From NCBI GenBank assembly GCA_963742735.1, contig CAVUMN010000001.1, positions 32,001 through 96,000 on the forward strand: a stretch of DNA of 64,000 bases, written 5' to 3'. Positions within the stretch are counted from its first letter, which is position 1. Each line of letters opens with the position of its first letter. The notes under the pieces are model-generated. The model was not told where the DNA came from. It did no database searches and saw only the letters and a list, made by a program, of their open reading frames with translations. Positions 48,445 through 58,376 of the stretch are shown one piece after another. The position numbers and the translations under genes are program-made. This DNA comes from an uncultured Actinomycetes bacterium (lineage in GTDB: Bacteria; Actinomycetota; UBA4738; JBBDTT01).

Positions 48445-49535
48445 CGTCCTTCCCCCGCCGCCAGGAGCTCGCCCAGGCGGGCCAGGTGTCGCGTGCCGGA
48501 CCCGAGCCGCAGCTCGAGGTCCTTAGCCCACAGGGTGTACCGATGCAGCGGGTACTCGACGTCGACGCCGATGCCGCCGTGCAGGTGCTGCGCGGTGGCC
48601 GCGACCCGCTGGCCGCCCTCGGCCGCCCAGGCCTTGGCGACGGCGACCTCCTCGCCGGCGGGCAGCCCCTCGTCGAGCTTCCAGGCCGCCTGCCACATCG
48701 TCCACCGCATGATCTCGATGTCGACGTAGGCGTCGGCCAGCCGCTGCTGCACGGCCTGGAACGCCCCGAGTGGCTTCCCGAACTGCTCGCGGCCGGACAC
48801 GTACTCGGCGGTCATCCGCAGGGCTCGCTCTGAGACGCCGACCTGGACGGCGCAGGTGGCCACGACCGCCCTCGGCATCAGCCAGTCGAGCAACCCCGGC
48901 GTGCCGTCCTCGCCGACCGGCTCCCCGTTCACCGCCTCGAGGACCACCCGGAACCGCGGCTCGCGGCTGGTGCCCGTCTGGGTCTCGAGCGTCGCGAACC
49001 CGGCGTTCACCAGGAACGCTTTCGGGCCGTCCGGGGAGGTGGCGGGCACCAGCACGGCGGCCGCGCGCGTGACCGCGGGCACGGCGTCGACGACCCCCGT
49101 CAGGCTCCAGCCGTCCGCCGACTGCGCGGCGTGGACCGTGGGGCCCCCGCCGTCCGGGTTCAGGGCGGCGGTCAGGACGACGTCGCCGGCCGGGACGCCG
49201 CGAAGCAGCAGGTCGCGCTGCCCCTCGGTGCCGAACTCCGCGATGGGCATCGCCCCAAGAACGAGGGTGGGAAGCAGGGGGACCGGCGCCACCGTGCGGC
49301 CCTGTTCCTCGAGGAGCAGGCATGCCTCGGCCATGCCGCCGCCGTTGCCGCCGAGCTCCGGCGGCACGCCGACGCCGAGCAGCCCGGCGCGGGCCAGCTC
49401 GGCCCACAGGCTCGCGTCGTGGTGGTCGGGGCCGCCCTCGACCTCCTTCAGCCGGTCGGGTGTGACCAGGTCAGTGAGGATCTGCCTGGCCAGATCGCGC
49501 AGCGCCCGCTGGTCCTCGTTCGGCGCTAGGTCCAT
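48441..49535 (-). CDS. Acyl-CoA dehydrogenase, FadE27/FadE28-like beta subunit
   Basis: REQFGKPLGAFQAV, HLHGGIGVDVEYPLHRY. Confidence 0.85.
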   Translation of the reverse strand: MDLAPNEDQRALRDLARQILTDLVTPDRLKEVEGGPDHHDASLWAELARAGLLGVGVPPELGGNGGGMAEACLLLEEQGRTVAPVPLLPTLVLGAMPIAEFGTEGQRDLLLRGVPAGDVVLTAALNPDGGGPTVHAAQSADGWSLTGVVDAVPAVTRAAAVLVPATSPDGPKAFLVNAGFATLETQTGTSREPRFRVVLEAVNGEPVGEDGTPGLLDWLMPRAVVATCAVQVGVSERALRMTAEYVSGREQFGKPLGAFQAVQQRLADAYVDIEIMRWTMWQAAWKLDEGLPAGEEVAVAKAWAAEGGQRVAATAQHLHGGIGVDVEYPLHRYTLWAKDLELRLGSGTRHLARLGELLAAGEGR

Positions 49536-50497
49536 CAGGCGACCACCTCGAACACCGGGAGGGTGAGGTCGTCGTCGACGGCCTCGAACGCGACCCGGAC
49601 CGGGAGGCCGATCTCGACCGACGCGGGGTCGACCTCGATCAGGTTGGACACCACCCGCACGCCCTCCTCGAGCTCGACCAGGGCCACGACGAAGGGCGGC
49701 GTGAACCCGGGGACCGGGGGGTGGTGGTGGACGACGTAGCTGTAGATCGTCCCCCGGCCCGAGGCCACGATCGTGTCCCACTCGAGCGACCCGCACGCGC
49801 CGCAGGCGGGCCGGGGTGGATGGCGGAGGACGCCGCACGCGGCGCAGCGCTGGATCCGAAGCTCCCCCGCCCTGGCGCCCTCCCAGAAGAACGCGGTGTC
49901 GTCGTTCATCGCCGGGTGGGGCCGCCGGCCGGTGTCCGGGGCGTCTCCCGCGACGAGGGAGGTGCGTTCCTTCGCCCGGTACATCAGCAGGCGGAAGCGC
50001 TGCGTCCCCACGACCTCACCGGCCACGTCGGTGTACTCGCACCGGCAGGTCACGAAGAACCCGTCGCCGATGGCGGTGTGCTTCTCGTCGGAGACCGTCT
50101 CGACGAAGGTCGTCGCGGTGACGCGATCGCCGGGGCGGAGGTAGCGCGCGTACTCCTGCTCGCAGTCGGTGGCGATGATCGAGGGATACCCGGCGTCGGC
50201 CAGCAGGCGGATCAGCGCCTGCGGTGGAGAGCCCGGACCGCCCTTCGTGCGCAGGCCGCGCATCGGCCAGACCTGGAGCATCGTCGGCGGCGCCACCAGA
50301 CCGCCGTGCGCCGACGTCGCCGCGGCCTCGGCGTCGGTGTAGACCGGGTTGTGGTCCTCCAGGACCTCGCACCAGTGGCGGATCATCGCGGCGTTCACCT
50401 CGTCGGGCGCGACGAGCGGATCGGCCGCCTGCTGCCCCTCGAAGGCGCGGAGCCGGGTCAGGAGGTCCTGCTCCGTGGCCGCGGCCGTGTCCGTCAC
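49535..50497 (-). CDS. chsH2: ChsH2-like MaoC-N plus DUF35 hydratase subunit
   Basis: VNAAMIRHWCE..NPVY, APPTMLQVW, QRCAAC..PACGAC, YSYVVHHHP. Confidence 0.87.
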   Translation of the reverse strand: MTDTAAATEQDLLTRLRAFEGQQAADPLVAPDEVNAAMIRHWCEVLEDHNPVYTDAEAAATSAHGGLVAPPTMLQVWPMRGLRTKGGPGSPPQALIRLLADAGYPSIIATDCEQEYARYLRPGDRVTATTFVETVSDEKHTAIGDGFFVTCRCEYTDVAGEVVGTQRFRLLMYRAKERTSLVAGDAPDTGRRPHPAMNDDTAFFWEGARAGELRIQRCAACGVLRHPPRPACGACGSLEWDTIVASGRGTIYSYVVHHHPPVPGFTPPFVVALVELEEGVRVVSNLIEVDPASVEIGLPVRVAFEAVDDDLTLPVFEVVA

Positions 50498-51675
50498 GCC
50501 CGGCTCCTCGGGAGCCCCAGGCCGGTGGTGGCGATGATGTCGCGCATGACCTCGTTGACCCCGCCGCCGAACGTCAGCACGTACGCGGCCCGGTAGTGGT
50601 GTTCCAGACGGCCGTCGAACAGCGCGCCGAGGGACCCCTCGCGGAGGCTGCCGGCGGCGCCGGTGACCTCCATGAGTGCCCGGTACACCTCGGGGAACGT
50701 CTCGGTCCCGTACACCTTGGCCGCCGACGCATCGGCCGGGCTGAGCTCGCCCTGGGCCAGGCCCCAGGCCATCCGCCAGTTCAGGAGCTTCACGCCCTCC
50801 AGGCGCATCCGCGCCCGGGCCAGGGCCAGCTGCACCCACGGCACGTCGATGACCCGCCCGCCGCTCTCCGCGGGCGTCTCACGGGCCCAGGCGAGGGTTC
50901 GCTCGAACACGTCCTCGGCCTTGCCCGGCGACGCCAGGGCCACCCGCTCGTGGTTCAGCTGGTGGGTGATCAGCCGCCAGCCCTCGTTGAGGCCGCCCAC
51001 CACGGCGTCGTCGGCCACCCGGACGTCCTCGAAGTACGTGGCGTTCGTCAGGCCGTCGTCGATCGTGTGGATCGGCGTCCACTTGAAGCCCGGCGAGGCG
51101 GTGTCGACGATGAAGATCGTGATGCCACGGTGCTTCGGCGCGTCCGCGTCGGTGCGCGCGGCGAGCCAGACGAAGTCCGCGTCGTGGGCGCCGGTGGTGA
51201 ACACCTTCTGGCCGTTGATGACCCAGCCGTCGCCGTCACGCACCGCGCGCGTCGTGAGCGACGCCAGGTCGGTCCCGGCCCCCGGCTCGGTGTACCCGAT
51301 CGCGAAGTGGCATTCGCCCCGCAGGATGGCGGGCAGGAAGCGGTCCTTCTGCGCCTCGCTTCCGAAGTCCATGAGGGTTGGGCCGACGGTGTTCAGGGTT
51401 ACGACCGGCATGGGCGCGCCGGCCCGGCGGGCCTCGTCGAAGAAGATGTACTGCTCGATCGGACCGCGACCCTGTCCGCCGTACTCCACCGGCCAGCCGA
51501 TGCCCAGCCACCCGTCGGCCCCCATCTGCCGGACCAGCCGCCGGAACTCCTCGCCGAAGTGCTCGCCGATGTTGGGGCCGAGGTCGCGGCGGACCTCCGG
51601 GGGGATGAGCCGCTCGAAGTACGCCCGGAGCTCCTGCTTGAGGGCCTCCTGCTCGGCGGTGTACGCGAGGCGCAT
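50494..51675 (-). CDS. Acyl-CoA dehydrogenase, FadE26/FadE29-like alpha subunit
   Basis: GWLGIGWPVEYGG, FAIGYTEPGAGTDLASL, QLNHERV, TFGGGVNEV. Confidence 0.88.
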   Translation of the reverse strand: MRLAYTAEQEALKQELRAYFERLIPPEVRRDLGPNIGEHFGEEFRRLVRQMGADGWLGIGWPVEYGGQGRGPIEQYIFFDEARRAGAPMPVVTLNTVGPTLMDFGSEAQKDRFLPAILRGECHFAIGYTEPGAGTDLASLTTRAVRDGDGWVINGQKVFTTGAHDADFVWLAARTDADAPKHRGITIFIVDTASPGFKWTPIHTIDDGLTNATYFEDVRVADDAVVGGLNEGWRLITHQLNHERVALASPGKAEDVFERTLAWARETPAESGGRVIDVPWVQLALARARMRLEGVKLLNWRMAWGLAQGELSPADASAAKVYGTETFPEVYRALMEVTGAAGSLREGSLGALFDGRLEHHYRAAYVLTFGGGVNEVMRDIIATTGLGLPRSRA

Positions 51676-52460
51676 CAGCCGGCGGGGTGCGCCTTGATCC
51701 CCGGCCAGCGGATGTAGGCCCCGACCCCTCCGTCGATCACGAACTCCGAGCCCGTGCAGTAGCCGCTCTCGTCCGACGCCAGGAACAGGCACAGGTTCGA
51801 GACGTCCTCGGCCGTGGCCAGACGCCCCACCGGCACGGCCGGAGACAGGAACTTGGCCATCGCCACCGCGTCGACGCCCGGGATGCTGGCGGTCATGTCC
51901 GTTGCAACCGCGCCCGGGTGGACCGAGTTGACCCGGATGCCGTGCTGGCCGAGCTCGACGGCGGCGACCTTCGTCATTCCCCGGACCGCGAACTTGCTGG
52001 CGGTGTACGCGACCAGGAACGGACCGCCGAACATCCCCTCGATCGAGGAGATGTTCACGATCGATCCGCCCCCCGCCCGCTTCATCGGCTCGATCGCGCT
52101 GCGCATCCCGAGGAACACCCCGACCTGGTTGACCTGGATGACCTTCAGGTAGTCGTCCAGCGTCGTGTCGGCGAGCGCGCTGAACCGCAGGATCCCGGCG
52201 TTGTTGACCAGGACGTCGAGCTTGCCGAACTGCGTCTCGACGGCCTCGACCGCGGCCGCCCAGTCGTCCTCGCTGGTCACGTCCAGATGAAGGTAGGCGG
52301 CGGCGTCGCCGAGCTCGTCGGCCAGCGCCTTGCCCGCCTCGTCGGTCACGTCGGCGATCGCCACGCGAGCGCCCTCCGCCACGAACCGGCGAGACTCCGC
52401 CGTCCCCTGGCCCCCGGCGCCGCCGGTGATCAGCGCCACCTTGCCGTCGAGGCGTCCCAT
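51675..52460 (-). CDS. SDR, 3-alpha/20-beta hydroxysteroid dehydrogenase-like
   Basis: LDGKVALITGGAGGQG, YTASKFAVRGMTK, VNSVHPG. Confidence 0.85.
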   Translation of the reverse strand: MGRLDGKVALITGGAGGQGTAESRRFVAEGARVAIADVTDEAGKALADELGDAAAYLHLDVTSEDDWAAAVEAVETQFGKLDVLVNNAGILRFSALADTTLDDYLKVIQVNQVGVFLGMRSAIEPMKRAGGGSIVNISSIEGMFGGPFLVAYTASKFAVRGMTKVAAVELGQHGIRVNSVHPGAVATDMTASIPGVDAVAMAKFLSPAVPVGRLATAEDVSNLCLFLASDESGYCTGSEFVIDGGVGAYIRWPGIKAHPAG

Positions 52461-53590
52461 CAGATCCCCAAGCGATCGGCGAGGAGCGAGCGCTGGTACG
52501 TCGGGTCGCCGAACAGCAGCTCGCTCGTCTTCGCGCGGCGGAAGTAGAGGTGGGCGTCGTGTTCCCAGGTGAACCCGATGCCGCCGTGGACCTGGATGTT
52601 GCCCCGGGCGACGGCGAACGCGGCCTCGGTGCAGTACGCCTTGGCCATCGGCGCGGCCAGCTTCAGCTCCTGGGGATCCTCGGCCGCGGCCCACATGCCG
52701 TAGTACGCGGCGGTCTTCGACGACTCGACCTGCAGCAGCATGTCGGCGCAGAGGTGCTTCACGGCCTGGAACGAGCCGATGGGCCGCCCGAACTGGACCC
52801 GGTCCTTCGCGTACTGGACCGCCGTGTCCAGGCAGGTCTGGGCGGATCCGGTGGCCTCCGCGGCCAGGAACACCGCGGCGTGGTCCAGGACGCGCTCGAT
52901 CGCCGGCCACGCCGAACCGGCCTCGCCGAGCGGCGTGGCGATCGCTCCCGAGAGCGACACCTTCGCCTGCTTTCGCGTCCGGTCGATCGTGTTCAGCCGG
53001 GTCCGGGTCACGCCCTCGGCGTCGCCGTCGAGCACGAACAGCCCGAGGCCATCGGCGCCGCTCGTTCCCGGCCCACGCGCCGCGACGACCAGCTGGTGCG
53101 CGGTGTGGCCGTCGATGACGTAGGACTTCTCGCCGTCCAGCCGATGACGGTCACCGTCGGGGGTGGCGACGGCCTCTACGCCCTCGGCCCCCCACCGGCC
53201 GTTCGACTCGGCGTACGCGAACGCGGCCCGGGTCTCTCCGGAAGCGATCGAGGGCAATAGCTCGGCCTTCTGCTCCTCGGTACCGGTCTCCAGGATCGCG
53301 GTCGTCGCCAGGCAGGCGGAGGAGAGGAACGGCGCGCACAGCAGGACGCGGCCCATCTCCTCCAGGACGATCCCGAGCTCGACCTGGGTGAACCCCTGGC
53401 CGCCGTACGCCTCGGGGACGTGGATGCCCGGGAGCGCCAGGTCCTGGGACAGCTGCTTCCAGACGGCCTCGTCGAACCCCTCGTCGGTCTCCATCAGCCG
53501 ACGCACCTCCGCGGACGGGGACCGCTCCTCGAGGAACTTGCGGATGGTCCTGCGCAGCTCGTCCTGCTCGTCGCTGAAGGTGAAGTTCAC
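52460..53590 (-). CDS. Acyl-CoA dehydrogenase (beta-type)
   Basis: QFGRPIGSFQAVKH, VHGGIGFTWEHDAHLYFRR. Confidence 0.9.
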   Translation of the reverse strand: MNFTFSDEQDELRRTIRKFLEERSPSAEVRRLMETDEGFDEAVWKQLSQDLALPGIHVPEAYGGQGFTQVELGIVLEEMGRVLLCAPFLSSACLATTAILETGTEEQKAELLPSIASGETRAAFAYAESNGRWGAEGVEAVATPDGDRHRLDGEKSYVIDGHTAHQLVVAARGPGTSGADGLGLFVLDGDAEGVTRTRLNTIDRTRKQAKVSLSGAIATPLGEAGSAWPAIERVLDHAAVFLAAEATGSAQTCLDTAVQYAKDRVQFGRPIGSFQAVKHLCADMLLQVESSKTAAYYGMWAAAEDPQELKLAAPMAKAYCTEAAFAVARGNIQVHGGIGFTWEHDAHLYFRRAKTSELLFGDPTYQRSLLADRLGI

Positions 53591-54744
53591 GGCCGCTCGC
53601 TTCCCACGATCCACATCGAGAAGAACTGCGAGCCCCCACCGTACGCGTGGCCCATGGCGACCTTCACGCCGTCGACCTGGTGCTCGCCGGCCAGGCCCCG
53701 GACCTGCAGGGCGGCCTCGGCGAAACGGATCATGCCCGACGCGCCGATCGGGTTCGAGGACAGCACCCCGCCCGACATGTCGACGGGCAGGTCGCCGTCG
53801 AGGGCGGTCACGCCGTCGTCCACGAGCTTCCACCCCTCGCCCTCCTCGGCGAACCCGAGGTTCTCCAACCACATGGGCTCGTACCAGGAGAACGGCACGT
53901 ACATCTCCACGGCGTCGATGTCGTTTCGAGGGTCGGTGATCCCGGCCTGGCGGTAGAGGTCGGCGGCGCAGTCGACGCCCGCCTGCGGGTTGACCTCGTC
54001 GCGCCCGGCCAGGGCGATCGGCTCGCTGCGCATCGCGGTGGCCCGCACCCATGCGGGCGGGTTGGGGGCGGCCCTGGCCGCGTCCTCGCTGGCCATCACC
54101 ATGGCGCACGCCCCATCCGAGGACGGACAGGTGTCCAGGTACCGCAGCGGGTCCCACAGCATCGGCGAGGCCAGCACGGTCTCCATGCTGATGTCCGGCA
54201 GCTGCAGGTGCGCGTAGGGGTTCTTGAGGGCGTTGAGGCGGTCCTTGACCGCGACCTTGTTGCCGATGTGGTCGGGCGCGTTGGTGCGCCGGATGTACTC
54301 GCGGATATGGGGCGAGAAGTAGCCGCCCGCGCCGGCCACCACCGGTGGGTTGAAGGGGATCTTGGGGGCGAGCGCCCACATCGTGTCGCTCTCGGACTGC
54401 TTCTCGAACGCCACCGTGAGGACCCGGTCGTGGATGCCTCCCTGGACCAGGCTCGCCGCGACCAGGGCCGTGGACCCGCCGACGCTTCCCGCGGTGTGGA
54501 CCCGGATCATGGGCTTGCCCACCGCGCCCAGGGCGTCGGCCAGGAACAGCTCCGGCATCATCACGCCCTCGAAGATGTCGGGGGCCTTGCCCAGGACCAC
54601 CGCGTCGATGTCGGCGAACGTCAGGCCGGCGTCCTCGAGCGCCCGGAGGGCGGCCTCGCGGACGAGGCCGGGCATGGACAGGTCGTCGCGGGCGGCCGAG
54701 TACTTCGTCTGGCCGACGCCGATGACCGCCGTGGGGTTGCCCAT
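53587..54744 (-). CDS. ltp3: Thiolase-domain aldolase Ltp3
   Basis: GKAPDIFEGVMMPE, VHTAGSVGGST, YVPFSWYEPMWLE, GHAYGGGSQFF. Confidence 0.9.
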   Translation of the reverse strand: MGNPTAVIGVGQTKYSAARDDLSMPGLVREAALRALEDAGLTFADIDAVVLGKAPDIFEGVMMPELFLADALGAVGKPMIRVHTAGSVGGSTALVAASLVQGGIHDRVLTVAFEKQSESDTMWALAPKIPFNPPVVAGAGGYFSPHIREYIRRTNAPDHIGNKVAVKDRLNALKNPYAHLQLPDISMETVLASPMLWDPLRYLDTCPSSDGACAMVMASEDAARAAPNPPAWVRATAMRSEPIALAGRDEVNPQAGVDCAADLYRQAGITDPRNDIDAVEMYVPFSWYEPMWLENLGFAEEGEGWKLVDDGVTALDGDLPVDMSGGVLSSNPIGASGMIRFAEAALQVRGLAGEHQVDGVKVAMGHAYGGGSQFFSMWIVGSERP

Positions 54745-55802
54745 CAGGCCACCTCCGTCTCCAGGACCGCCACCAGGTTCTGCTGCAGGCAGGGCCCGCT
54801 CGTGGCATGGGCGATGGCGCGCGTTGCGCCGTTCTCTGACAAGCGCGTGGCCGCCTCGCCGAATCGGATCAACCCGGCGGTCATGATCGGGTTCGCCGAG
54901 AGCGCACCCCCGCTCGGGTTGAATTCGACGCCCTCGGCCAAGCCGAGGGCGTCGGCAAGGATCAGCTCTTGGTGGCTGAACGGCGCGTAGATCTCCACGA
55001 CGTCCACTCCGCCCGAGAGGGCGCCCGCCCGCTCCGCGGCCGTTCGCGTGGAGGGCGACGTCGTGAGGTCTCTCGCCCCCAGCGAGTGGGGTTCGATCCG
55101 ATGATCGATACCCCGGATCCAAACCGGTCGCTCGCTGACCTTGCGCGCCAGGTCGCCCGCGGCCAGGACGATGGCCGCGGCGCCGTCCGAGATCGGGGGG
55201 AGGTCGTGCCTGCGAAGCGGGGAGGCCACGTAGGGCTCGGCGAGCAGCGCGTCGGCGTCGAACTCGCCGGAGACCTGCGCGTTCGGGTTGTCCATCGCCG
55301 CCCGGCGGTTGCGCACGGCGACGTCGGCCAGGTCGCGCTCGGTGGCCTTCCCCGAGTCGAGCAGCGCCCGCGCCTGCAGCGCCGCGAGGCTCACCGCGTC
55401 CGGCCACAGCGGTCCGAGGGTGTACGGGTCGAGCTGCAGGGTCAGGACCTCGCCCAGGTCGCCCATCGAGGTGCGCCCGAACGCGTAGACGAGCGCGGAG
55501 TCCACATCGCCGTGCTGCAGCCGGACCCAGGCCTCGTACAGCGCCCACGCGCCGTCCATCTCCACGTGGGACTCCTGGATCGGCGGCCACGCCCCGATCG
55601 CGTCCAGCCCCGACACGAACGAGAACGGGATCCCCGCGACGAAGTCGCTGCTCCCGGAGACCGTGACCCCGATCTCCCCGCGGGGGATGCCGGACCGCTC
55701 CAGGGCCTCGGTGACGACCGGCGCGATCATCTCCGGCTCGTTGCGATCGTCCCGGCGGACCGAGGGCGTCTGCGCGAAGGCGACGATCGCGACGTCACGC
55801 AT
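54744..55802 (-). CDS. ltp4: Thiolase-domain protein Ltp4
   Basis: ESHVEMDGAWALYEAW, LQLDPY, AHATSGPCLQQNLV. Confidence 0.9.
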   Translation of the reverse strand: MRDVAIVAFAQTPSVRRDDRNEPEMIAPVVTEALERSGIPRGEIGVTVSGSSDFVAGIPFSFVSGLDAIGAWPPIQESHVEMDGAWALYEAWVRLQHGDVDSALVYAFGRTSMGDLGEVLTLQLDPYTLGPLWPDAVSLAALQARALLDSGKATERDLADVAVRNRRAAMDNPNAQVSGEFDADALLAEPYVASPLRRHDLPPISDGAAAIVLAAGDLARKVSERPVWIRGIDHRIEPHSLGARDLTTSPSTRTAAERAGALSGGVDVVEIYAPFSHQELILADALGLAEGVEFNPSGGALSANPIMTAGLIRFGEAATRLSENGATRAIAHATSGPCLQQNLVAVLETEVA

Positions 55803-56292
55803 CGGCGCGCCCCTGGAGGTGCCGGGTCGGGACGTCGTCCTCGCCGGAGGGACGGAAGTAGCGGATGTTCTCCAGGCCGGGCTTGTCCTCGCTCGCCTCG
55901 GCCCACACGGGCTCGACGCGCATGCCCATGCGGACCTCCTCGGGCGGGACCTCCTGGATCAGGTGGAAGAGCTCCGAGTCGGCGCCGTCGAGCAGGACCG
56001 AGGCGCACACGTACGGGCACTCCACGGCCTGGCCGGCGAACGGGAGGTTCACGATGCAGAACGTGGTCACGGTCCCGGTCCCGGGGACCTCGACCTCCTC
56101 CTCGGTGCGGGCGCCGTCGCGAGGGCAGTACCCGCGGGGCGGCACGTAGACCTTCGAGCACTCGGGACACTTCTCGCCGACGAGCCGATGGTGGTCCGTG
56201 ACCTCTCGGAAGAACCGTGAACCGGCCTCCCCCGGGGTGTAGCGGTACTCCAGGCGGATCGGCGCCGTGAACCCCTTGACGATCTCGGTCAC
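55795..56292 (-). CDS. DUF35 protein (resembles the C-terminal half of Rv3521)
   Basis: KCPECSKVYVPPRGYCP, GTVTTFCIVNLPF, VRMGMRVEPVW. Confidence 0.82.
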   Translation of the reverse strand: MTEIVKGFTAPIRLEYRYTPGEAGSRFFREVTDHHRLVGEKCPECSKVYVPPRGYCPRDGARTEEEVEVPGTGTVTTFCIVNLPFAGQAVECPYVCASVLLDGADSELFHLIQEVPPEEVRMGMRVEPVWAEASEDKPGLENIRYFRPSGEDDVPTRHLQGRADA

Positions 56293-56735
56293 GACGGCTC
56301 CACCTCGAATGCCTCGATGTCGAGGATGTGGCCCTTGGGGGACTCCGCCCACCGGGGCCGAACGCGCAGGCCGGTGCGCATGGCCGACTCCTCGCCGGCG
56401 TCCACCACGTGGAGCATCGCGGTGTCGGCGCCGTCCAGCTTGATGAGGGCCCACGCGAACGGGCGGTCGAGCGGCTGCTTGGGACGCGGCTCGCGCATCC
56501 ACGACCAGGCGGTGACCTCGCCGCCGGGGCCGACCTCGACAAACTCCTCGGTCACCGCCTCGCCGGTCTCGGGGTCGTACTCGGCCGCCGGAACCAGCAC
56601 CCGGCCGCGGGCCGTACGGACCCCTTCGATCCGGCGCTCCTTGAGGGCGCCGAGGAACCGCCCGATCACCGGGCCGACGCTGCGCTTGTAGGGGAACTCC
56701 AGGACGTGCTGGGCCGACAGGATCTCGGTGGCCAT
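56289..56735 (-). CDS. DUF35-like protein (resembles the N-terminal half of Rv3521)
   Basis: YKRSVGPVIGRF, VLVPAAEYDP, PLDRPFAWALIKLDGADT. Confidence 0.82.
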   Translation of the reverse strand: MATEILSAQHVLEFPYKRSVGPVIGRFLGALKERRIEGVRTARGRVLVPAAEYDPETGEAVTEEFVEVGPGGEVTAWSWMREPRPKQPLDRPFAWALIKLDGADTAMLHVVDAGEESAMRTGLRVRPRWAESPKGHILDIEAFEVEPS

Positions 56736-56737
56736 GC

Positions 56738-58288
56738 TCAGATCGCCCGCTCTCGTCCGGCCCAGAACGGGTCGCGCAGCCGCCGCTTGTAGAGCTTCCC
56801 GTTCGGGTCCCTGGGCATCTCGTCGATGAAATCGATCGACCGGGGGAGCTTGTACTTGGCGAGCCGGCCTGAGAGGTACTCGAGGATCTCCCGTTCGAGC
56901 TCGGGGCTGCCCTCGACGCCGTCCACCGGCTCGATGACCCCCTTGACCTCCTCGCCCAGGTCCTCGTGCGGGATCCCGAACACCGCCGCGTCGGCGACCT
57001 TCGGGTGGAGCATCAGCTCGTTCTCGATCTCGGCGGGGTAGATGTTCACGCCGCCGGCGATGATCATGTCGGCCTTGCGGTCGTTGAGAAAGAGGAAGGC
57101 GTCCTCGTCCAGGTAGCCGATGTCGCCGACCGTGAAGAACCCGTCCTCGCTCCACGTCTTCGAGGTCTTGTCGGGGTCCTTGTTGTACTCGAAGCGAAGG
57201 TCCCCCATCTTCATCCAGATGGTTCCGGACTCGCCCGGCGGGAGCTCGTTCCCGTCGTCGTCCAGCACCTTCACCTGGCTGATCGGCCACGCGGTGCCCA
57301 CCGTCCCCGGCTTCTTCAGCCACTGCTCGGGGGTGACGAGCGTGCCGCCGCCCTCCGACGCCGCGTAGTACTCGTCGATCACCGGGCCCCACCAGTCGAG
57401 CATCCGCTGCTTCGTCTCGACCGGGCACGGCGCCGCGCTGTGGATCATGTGTCGGAGCGAGGAGACGTCGGCCTTCGCCCGTTCCTCCTCCGGGAGCGCG
57501 AGCAGACGGTGGAACATGGTCGGGACCATGTGGCTGGTGGTCACCCGGTACCGCTCGATGAGTCGAAGGGTCTCCTCGGGCGTCCAGCGGTCCATCAGGA
57601 CCGCGGTGTGTCCGAGGTGCATGGACTGGATCGTGAAGTTCACGACCGCCGTGTGATACAGCGGCGCGACCGTGAGGTGCACGTTGTCGTCGCGCTGGTT
57701 GATCCCGAACAGCGCCAGGAACGAGCCGTACATGGCGCCGTTGGTGTCGGGATCGACGACCGGCAGCGGCCGGCGGACGCCCTTCGGCTGTCCGGTCGTC
57801 CCGGCCGTGTAGGTCATGATCGCGCCCGAGGCGCGGTCCTCCGGCGCCGAATCGGGCTGTCCCGCCTTCAGGTCCTCGTACGGCCGGAAGCCCTCGATGG
57901 AGCCCACCGCGAAGCGCGCGTTCTGGGGGAAGCCGGCCTCCGCCACGGCCTTGCGGCACTCGTCCGCGAGCCGCTCGTGGCCGATGAACGCCTTGGCCTC
58001 GCTGTCGGTGATGATGTAGGCGATCTCCGGCGCGACCAGGTGGTAGTTGATCGGCACGACGTACCAACCCGCCTGGAGCGCGGCCAGGTAGATCTCCACG
58101 ATCGGCGCGCCGTTGGGAAGGATCGCCGCGACCGTGTCGCCGGCGGTCAGCCCGAGCCCCCGAAGCCCGTGCACCAGTCGGTTCGAGGCCGCCGCGAGCT
58201 CTCCAGCGGTGTGCTGGGTGCCGTCGGGCTCGACCAGCGCGAGGTGGTCCGGTTCCTCCGCGGCGTTCTGCCAGAAGCCCATCCCCAT
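56738..58288 (-). CDS. Acyl-CoA synthetase
   Basis: YTAGTTGQPKG, APLYHTA, EYYAASEG, GGVNIYPAEIE, PRDPNGKL. Confidence 0.9.
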   Translation of the reverse strand: MGMGFWQNAAEEPDHLALVEPDGTQHTAGELAAASNRLVHGLRGLGLTAGDTVAAILPNGAPIVEIYLAALQAGWYVVPINYHLVAPEIAYIITDSEAKAFIGHERLADECRKAVAEAGFPQNARFAVGSIEGFRPYEDLKAGQPDSAPEDRASGAIMTYTAGTTGQPKGVRRPLPVVDPDTNGAMYGSFLALFGINQRDDNVHLTVAPLYHTAVVNFTIQSMHLGHTAVLMDRWTPEETLRLIERYRVTTSHMVPTMFHRLLALPEEERAKADVSSLRHMIHSAAPCPVETKQRMLDWWGPVIDEYYAASEGGGTLVTPEQWLKKPGTVGTAWPISQVKVLDDDGNELPPGESGTIWMKMGDLRFEYNKDPDKTSKTWSEDGFFTVGDIGYLDEDAFLFLNDRKADMIIAGGVNIYPAEIENELMLHPKVADAAVFGIPHEDLGEEVKGVIEPVDGVEGSPELEREILEYLSGRLAKYKLPRSIDFIDEMPRDPNGKLYKRRLRDPFWAGRERAI

Positions 58289-58296
58289 GCGAGAAG

Positions 58297-58310
58297 TAGA
58301 ACACGTTCTC
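58297..58310. promoter_or_regulatory. KstR-type operator TAGAACACGTTCTC
   Basis: Matches the known TnnAACnnGTTnnA consensus except the last base. Upstream of the long operon. Confidence 0.85.
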
Positions 58311-58332
58311 ATTCCGGCTCGCAACACGAGAC

Positions 58333-58346
58333 GAGAACGTGTTCTA
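58333..58346. promoter_or_regulatory. KstR-type operator GAGAACGTGTTCTA
   Basis: Exact reverse complement of 58297-58310. Upstream of the divergent ADH. Confidence 0.85.
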
Positions 58347-58376
58347 ATTTCGGCCTACACGTCCTGGAGGTGGGGT

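Noticed and set aside
40140-52810. Repeated DNA segments such as GTGCTTCACGGCCTGGAACGAGCCGAT at ~40323 and ~52754
   Set aside because: They encode the conserved ACAD motif IGSFQAVKH in paralogs and are not a repeat element.
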